Positions 59,119-64,000 of a stretch of 64,000 nt of DNA are shown here, in pieces. The notes below the pieces were generated by a model that was given only the letters and a program-made list of their open reading frames with translations, was not told where the DNA came from and did not search any database. The stretch comes from Spirochaetes bacterium ADurb.BinA120. GTDB taxonomy: Bacteria; Spirochaetota; UBA4802; UBA5368. Position 1 is the stretch's first letter. Each line of letters opens with the position of its first letter. The position numbers and the translations under genes are program-made. The stretch spans positions 5,643 to 69,642 of the forward strand of contig MVZN01000008.1 in NCBI GenBank assembly GCA_002069125.1, in the 5' to 3' direction.

Positions 59119-59829
59119 ATGAAAATAAGGCATCTGGTATTCATCCTGCTTGTGGCGGTTGTCGCGGGCTCCCTGTACAACAGCCAGCGGCTGTACCACT
59201 GGTACCTCGCCGCGTATTACCAGCGCTTCCTCGGTGAAGATCGGGAAAAATCCATAGAAAGGGCGCGCTCGCTTTACAGGGATGAGCGCTATGAAGAGCT
59301 CGATGCCTATACCGGACGCATGAGGGTCCTCTACCCGGACAATTCCGACCTGCGCCGCCTGAAAGGGTTCGCGATGATTAAAACCGGCCGCGAATCGGAG
59401 GGGGCGCACATGGTTATATCCTCGTTGAGAAAGAACGAGGCCCTTCTTTCGGTTGCCAGTGCCATCGAAATATTGTTCAAGGAAGGGGAGTACGCGGACC
59501 TCGACGACATCATCTCCAGCCACGGGACCATGGGCGACCCGTATCTTCAATATATTCACGGCGTTTCGCTTTATCATGTCAAAAAATACGCTGAGGCGGA
59601 GCGGCGCCTTGCAGGAGCGTTGAGCGCCGGGAAACAGGATTACGACACGCTGTACTACCTTGGTCTGGCCCGTGAGAAAAACGGCAGAACGGTCGAGGCG
59701 CTCGCCGCGATCGAAAAGGCCTATGCGATAGACCCTATACGCCCCGAGGCCCGAAAGGCCCTGGTTCGTCTCTATCGAGTGACAAAACAATACGACAGGG
59801 CGGAAAGAATTCCGCGGAGGACACCATGA
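59119..59829 (+). CDS. TPR-repeat protein with N-terminal membrane anchor
   Basis: Hydrophobic N-terminus (LVFILLVAVVAGSL) and TPR repeats (YYLGLAREKNGRTVEAL). Start uncertain (59059, 59104 or 59119). The longer antisense ORF 59050..59790 was rejected. Confidence 0.5.
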   Translation: MKIRHLVFILLVAVVAGSLYNSQRLYHWYLAAYYQRFLGEDREKSIERARSLYRDERYEELDAYTGRMRVLYPDNSDLRRLKGFAMIKTGRESEGAHMVISSLRKNEALLSVASAIEILFKEGEYADLDDIISSHGTMGDPYLQYIHGVSLYHVKKYAEAERRLAGALSAGKQDYDTLYYLGLAREKNGRTVEALAAIEKAYAIDPIRPEARKALVRLYRVTKQYDRAERIPRRTP

Positions 59830-61220
59830 TCGACCATTTTTTCCATCCTAACGGCGTCGCCATCATCGGCGCGACGGACAACCCGGCAAAGGGCGGCTAT
59901 CATATTCTGCGAAATACGCTGGCCGGCTACAAGGGGCGCGTGTATCCCGTCAATCCGAGGTACGAAGAAATACAGGGGACCAGGTGCTATCCGAACGTCG
60001 AATCGATACCCGAGGATTTCGATCTTGCGATCTATTTTATCCCGGCCAAATTTCTGCCCGACACCATAAAGGCGTGCGCAAAGAAGGGGGTGAAGGCCAT
60101 AATCATTGAGTCCGCGGGCTTCTCGGAGGTGGGCGAGGAGGGGCGGCTCTTGCAGAGGGAATCGGTGGAGCTGGCGCGGAGCCTGGGGATAAGGCTGTGG
60201 GGGCCGAACTGCATGGGGCTTCTCGACGGCCATAGCCGCAACGTCTTCTCGTTCATGTACTCGGATAAATGGATGACCCTTATGAAGCCGGGGGGCGTTT
60301 CGCTGGTGGTCCAGAGCGGGATGCTTTCGGCGGGCTTTCTCATGATGATTCTGGAGAGCGGCGGCATGGGTATCGCCAAGGTGTGTTCCATCGGAAACAA
60401 GTGCGATGTGGATGAGACTGAACTGCTGGAGTACCTGATCGCCGACGAGGAGACCGGCGTCATAGGCCTTTATCTGGAGTCGATAATCGACGGCCGTAAA
60501 TTTCTTGAGCTCGCTCGCTCCACGTCCAAGCCCATTATAGTGCTAAAGGCCGGGCGAAGCGAGGAGGGCGCGAAGGCCGCGATGAGCCATACGGCGAGCC
60601 TGTCGGGCGTGGCGGCGGTCTACGAGGGGGCCTTTCGCCAGGCCGGAATAGTGCAGGTTTACGACGTGCACGAGTTGATGGACTTCGCGCGCGGTTTCTC
60701 CAAGGTGCCGCCTTGCGCCGTGGACGCAGGGACGGCCGTCATCACCTTCTCCGGCGGGGCCGGTATAGTAACCTCGGACCTCCTGTCCGACCGCGGGGTA
60801 AAGCTTGCCGATTTGGGAGAGCAAACCATCTCCGCCCTAAAAGAGGTGTTTCCGCCATGGATGAAGCCCACGCATCCTGTCGACGTATGGCCCTCGGTCG
60901 AGCTTAACGGCCTCGAGCCGGTTTACGCGAAGTCTATTGAGGCGGTCATGAAGGACCCGGGGGTCGATTCTATCATAGTCCAGTCTATCGCCTGGGAGCT
61001 TGCAAGCCCCGGCTATCTCGTCGAGGCCGGGAAGCTGCAGCGGAAGTACCAGAAGCCCATCGTGCTCTGGCAGATAGGCGCCATGGATATAGCCGAAAAG
61101 TACCGTGTCGCGGCGGAGGACGCCGGGATACCGGTCTTCACCGAGATCAGCCGATGTGTTGGGTTTGTCGCCGGGGCAAAGGAGCACTCGAGGAAGAAGG
61201 CCGGGACGGGTGTTTCATAA
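59826..61220 (+). CDS. Acyl-CoA synthetase (NDP-forming) alpha-domain / CoA-binding protein
   Basis: CoA-binding Rossmann motifs (PNGVAIIGATDNPAKGG; GVKAIIIESAGFSE; LWGPNCMGLL). ATGA overlap with the upstream TPR gene. Confidence 0.7.
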   Translation: MIDHFFHPNGVAIIGATDNPAKGGYHILRNTLAGYKGRVYPVNPRYEEIQGTRCYPNVESIPEDFDLAIYFIPAKFLPDTIKACAKKGVKAIIIESAGFSEVGEEGRLLQRESVELARSLGIRLWGPNCMGLLDGHSRNVFSFMYSDKWMTLMKPGGVSLVVQSGMLSAGFLMMILESGGMGIAKVCSIGNKCDVDETELLEYLIADEETGVIGLYLESIIDGRKFLELARSTSKPIIVLKAGRSEEGAKAAMSHTASLSGVAAVYEGAFRQAGIVQVYDVHELMDFARGFSKVPPCAVDAGTAVITFSGGAGIVTSDLLSDRGVKLADLGEQTISALKEVFPPWMKPTHPVDVWPSVELNGLEPVYAKSIEAVMKDPGVDSIIVQSIAWELASPGYLVEAGKLQRKYQKPIVLWQIGAMDIAEKYRVAAEDAGIPVFTEISRCVGFVAGAKEHSRKKAGTGVS

Positions 61221-61350
61221 TCGGCTCCTGCGATTATTGTGATGTCTGTTGAAATAGTATCGCGTGTGCTGTATCATACATTGTATCGGATTGCAAAGAG
61301 GGATTAGGGCGGGGCGTTTATTGAACCGGGTGCCTCGGAAAGGAGATCGT

Positions 61351-61485
61351 TATGATGAAGACGATTTTAATAATCATCGGCATGTCATGCTGGCTTTTTG
61401 TACTGGTGACGAGCAGTATAAGGCTGGTCAATTCACAACTGGATAAAAGCATCGAACAAAAGTTGAAATCAATAAATAATTGAGA
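61351..61485 (+). CDS. Small (44 aa) single-TM membrane peptide in a low-GC islet
   Basis: MMKTILIIIGMSCWLFVLVTSSIRLVNSQLDKSIEQKLKSINN. It has an AAGGAG RBS 7 nt upstream and A/T-rich codon usage unlike its neighbours. It is not in the ORF track because it is under 60 aa. Confidence 0.4.
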
Positions 61486-61536
61486 GGTTCGACAGGGTAC
61501 TTATCCTCCTCGCTTAGTTTGTGATTTCGATTGGAA

Positions 61537-62529
61537 TTAAAACTGCCTGAGCTTTTCGTGCTCGAGGCCGCACTTCTTCTCCTTTTTGTCTAAATACCAG
61601 CCGTAATAGTCCAGGTCGTGCGCAGGGACCATTATGCAATGCTCGTGGTCGTAGTAATCGCGGTAGTGGTTCAAAAAATGGCCGAATTCGTGCGTGGCGT
61701 ATAGCGCGATAACGTCGGTAAGCTTTTCGGGAGGGATCTCCCTTCCGCGCTTAAGGACAAAAAAGCCGTCTTTGGAAAGAAAGGGATAGGTAAAGATGAT
61801 CCCGGCCGCGCGGAATGCGTTGCGCCGATTTTCCTCGACAAGGCCGGTGGTGATACCGTGGCGGAGCGCCACGTAAATCGGTATGTCGAGCTCCATGTCC
61901 GCCATGATGGTATTGGTGAAGATGAAGTGCGCCCCCTCCAGATGGCGCAGGGCCATGTCCCAGAAGGGGTAGGTGAGCGTATCGGCGTATGGCGCCGCCC
62001 CGAGCGGCGTGCCGTCGGCGGTGCGGATGCCCTGTATCTTCCGGAGGTTCTCGACGTATTCTTCGTGGATGTGCGCCGCGATCTCTTTTCGGCCGGCAAA
62101 ACGCCCGTAATCGGGAACGTGGCGGCGCAGGGTCGATTCGGCCGTGTCGGCCACGAGTTTGTCGATATAGTCCTTCAAACGCGTACGGTCCGTTTCGCTT
62201 TCGACGTTTAAAAGGCTTTCCTTAAGCGTGGACATCATCGGGAGGTCGTCCAGCTTTTTCATCTCCTTTCTGAAGTCGGGCAATGGCTGGTTCGCCTGCA
62301 CAAAGAAGCTCACGTTATATCCAAGGTATTCGCGGATGTATTCCCGGCAGCGGTCAAGCATGTCCTGAAACTCGGCCTCGGAAAGGGCCGGCAGGCGCGG
62401 GTCTACGATATGCCGTACCACGATCGGGTATTCGCGGTCGCTCGGGAGCTCCCTTAGCGCGTTTCCAGCCAGTGTGGAACAGGAGAGGGCCAGTATGATT
62501 GCAAGGAATGGGCGCGGACGTCGTTTCAT
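61537..62529 (-). CDS. Putative zinc metalloprotease lipoprotein (HExxH)
   Basis: Signal peptide with lipobox (LAIILALSCS), HEFGH zinc-binding motif near the C-terminus. Confidence 0.55.
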   Translation of the reverse strand: MKRRPRPFLAIILALSCSTLAGNALRELPSDREYPIVVRHIVDPRLPALSEAEFQDMLDRCREYIREYLGYNVSFFVQANQPLPDFRKEMKKLDDLPMMSTLKESLLNVESETDRTRLKDYIDKLVADTAESTLRRHVPDYGRFAGRKEIAAHIHEEYVENLRKIQGIRTADGTPLGAAPYADTLTYPFWDMALRHLEGAHFIFTNTIMADMELDIPIYVALRHGITTGLVEENRRNAFRAAGIIFTYPFLSKDGFFVLKRGREIPPEKLTDVIALYATHEFGHFLNHYRDYYDHEHCIMVPAHDLDYYGWYLDKKEKKCGLEHEKLRQF

Positions 62530-62754
62530 ATCTCATACCTCCCGGAGCGGTTGTTATAGAAGATACGCCTTATGGGGCTTTAGTTCAAGCGAAATCCTGC
62601 GCCCATCCGAGGGTATTTGGGCGCCGGGTAAACGGCCTGAAAATGCCTTTGCCGGCATGGGCGGTGCGCCGGCGAATCATCGGCGAAGGCATAGTAATTT
62701 TCTTGACACGGCGGGGGGATTGGGTAGCCTTAATGCCGCCCTGTTCTAAACACA

Positions 62755-64000
62755 ATGAAAGCGTTTATATCTTATATAGGACGAAATATCTATTTCTCCC
62801 TCCGGGAGATCGTGAGGAATATTCTGCGAAGCCTATTGTCCAGCTTCGGGATCATATTCCTCATCGCCTTCCTGGTGCTCTACCTGTCCCTCAGGCAGTC
62901 GATCAAGGAATATATCGGCGGAACGCTCTTCGGCTCGCTCGATATCAACGAGATTGTGGTTTCCCCGCCGTCCATGGGCGCCGGCGAGCTTATCAGCATG
63001 GGGGCGCGCTCGGAGAAAATACCGGCGGACAGGGTGCGGCGCATCCGGGCCATACAGGGTATCGGCGAGGTGAATTCGATTATCAGGATGGAGTATCCGG
63101 CGAAGGTGAAGCTCGAGATGTTCGGCCGCTCAGTTCGGGAATACATGCCGGTATACGGCATCAGCCCGGCGTTTTTGCGGAAGTCGGAGAAGCGTTGGCG
63201 GCAGTTTGTCTCGGGGACCGAGGTCCCGGTCATAGTGCCCAAATTCGTCCTGGACGTCTTCAATAACCTGGCGGCGGCGCGGGGGCTTCCACAGCTTGGC
63301 GAAAAGGCGCTCTGGGGGTTCCCCATGGAGCTCGCCATCGAAACCGCGGCGCGCGGCGCGCCGGAGCGTAAAAAGTACGATCAGCCGGCCCGTGTGTTCG
63401 GTTTCAGCGCGGAGCTGCCGCTTACGGGGCTGGTAGTGCCTTCCGACTTCATCACCGGATTTGCCGCCTCGCACGCGGGCGATCCAAACGCCATCAAGCC
63501 GGGCTTTTCCTACGCACAGCTTGTGATTATGGTGAAGAATACAGGGGAGCTTCCCGAAATAAGTAAAAAAATCCAGGCCCTGGGCCTCAAGGTCGAATCG
63601 CAGCAGGACATCGCGGCGAAGACCAACAAGGCGCTCGCGGTCATCGACGGTTCGTCGCTGGTCATCATGGGGATATTCCTCTTCCTTACGGTGATCGCGA
63701 TCTTCAATTCCTATCTCACGATAGTCTACAATCGCAGCCATACCTTCTCGCTGTTGCGTGTGATAGGCGTATCGAAGGCCCGCATCATCCTCACCTTTGT
63801 CTTCGAAGCGGGGGTAATCGGAGCGCTCTTCGGGCTTGTAGGATATTATACGGGGGCTATGGCGATCGGTTATCTGAAGCACCATATACCGCACTGGGTC
63901 CCGGTGCTTAAAGGGCTTGCGCTCGGGCGTGAGCCGGGGGTGCTGCCTATGGCGGTTGGGCTTTCGGCGCTGTTGTCATCGGTCTCCGCGTTTATCCCGG
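62755..64000 (+). CDS. ABC transporter permease, FtsX/MacB/LolCE-like family (partial, continues beyond window)
   Basis: N-terminal TM, large periplasmic domain, then a FtsX-type helical bundle (LVIMGIFLFLTVIAIFNS...LLRVIGVSKARI). Found by hand translation; absent from the ORF track because the end is truncated. Confidence 0.7.
   Translation, partial: MKAFISYIGRNIYFSLREIVRNILRSLLSSFGIIFLIAFLVLYLSLRQSIKEYIGGTLFGSLDINEIVVSPPSMGAGELISMGARSEKIPADRVRRIRAIQGIGEVNSIIRMEYPAKVKLEMFGRSVREYMPVYGISPAFLRKSEKRWRQFVSGTEVPVIVPKFVLDVFNNLAAARGLPQLGEKALWGFPMELAIETAARGAPERKKYDQPARVFGFSAELPLTGLVVPSDFITGFAASHAGDPNAIKPGFSYAQLVIMVKNTGELPEISKKIQALGLKVESQQDIAAKTNKALAVIDGSSLVIMGIFLFLTVIAIFNSYLTIVYNRSHTFSLLRVIGVSKARIILTFVFEAGVIGALFGLVGYYTGAMAIGYLKHHIPHWVPVLKGLALGREPGVLPMAVGLSALLSSVSAFIP

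Noticed and set aside
61264-61446. 60-aa Cys-rich ORF (MCCIIHCIG...) overlapping the small-peptide gene
   Set aside because: It has a GTG start without an SD. The alternative frame has a perfect AAGGAG RBS and encodes a clean TM helix. The two are mutually exclusive and the latter is preferred.
63130-63894. 254-aa minus-strand ORF
   Set aside because: It lies antisense to the partial FtsX-family permease gene.

Overview
High-GC (about 60-65%) bacterial chromosomal segment, densely coded on both strands. I found no rRNA, tRNA, CRISPR array or transposase/integrase. The provided ORF track treats GTG/TTG starts as M and omits ORFs cut by the window edge, so both edge genes were found by hand translation. 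Recognisable housekeeping genes include dnaE, panC, psd, slyD, yidD, a Trm112-like protein, a RapA-like SNF2 helicase, a PpiD-like chaperone, comEC, a LolA-like protein and a ZnuA/TroA-like metal-binding protein. The window also carries motility and signalling genes: cheX, a PilZ protein, an HDOD fusion, a Maf-family flagellin-glycosylation protein, a PP2C phosphatase, a STAS-like protein and an orphan receiver. Many TPR proteins and secreted or lipoproteins are present, including a repeat lipoprotein of more than 1000 residues at the left edge. The most interesting region is 47.8-59.1 kb. An anomalous AT-rich island precedes a nine-gene operon made of an FdhF-like molybdopterin subunit, an FeS/FAD-NAD(P) pair of AsrAB/HydBG type, a HycI-type protease, and Hyc/Ech-type membrane [NiFe]-hydrogenase subunits in the order C, E, D, F, G. 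By motif alignment from memory, the FdhF-like subunit has Gly where the Mo-ligating Sec/Cys should be. I read this as a possible complex-I-like, NAD(P)H-linked energy-converting hydrogenase rather than a formate hydrogenlyase. Two paralogous intergenic elements built from direct and inverted AAGATTA heptamer arrays sit inside that operon and nowhere else in the window. The operon ends with an orphan receiver gene and a terminator hairpin. Other points worth a second look are a yidD-linked pair of paralogous TPR/membrane proteins, a 587-residue protein with an HprK-like P-loop kinase domain co-transcribed with a GH18 lipoprotein, and a low-GC islet encoding a 44-residue membrane peptide.
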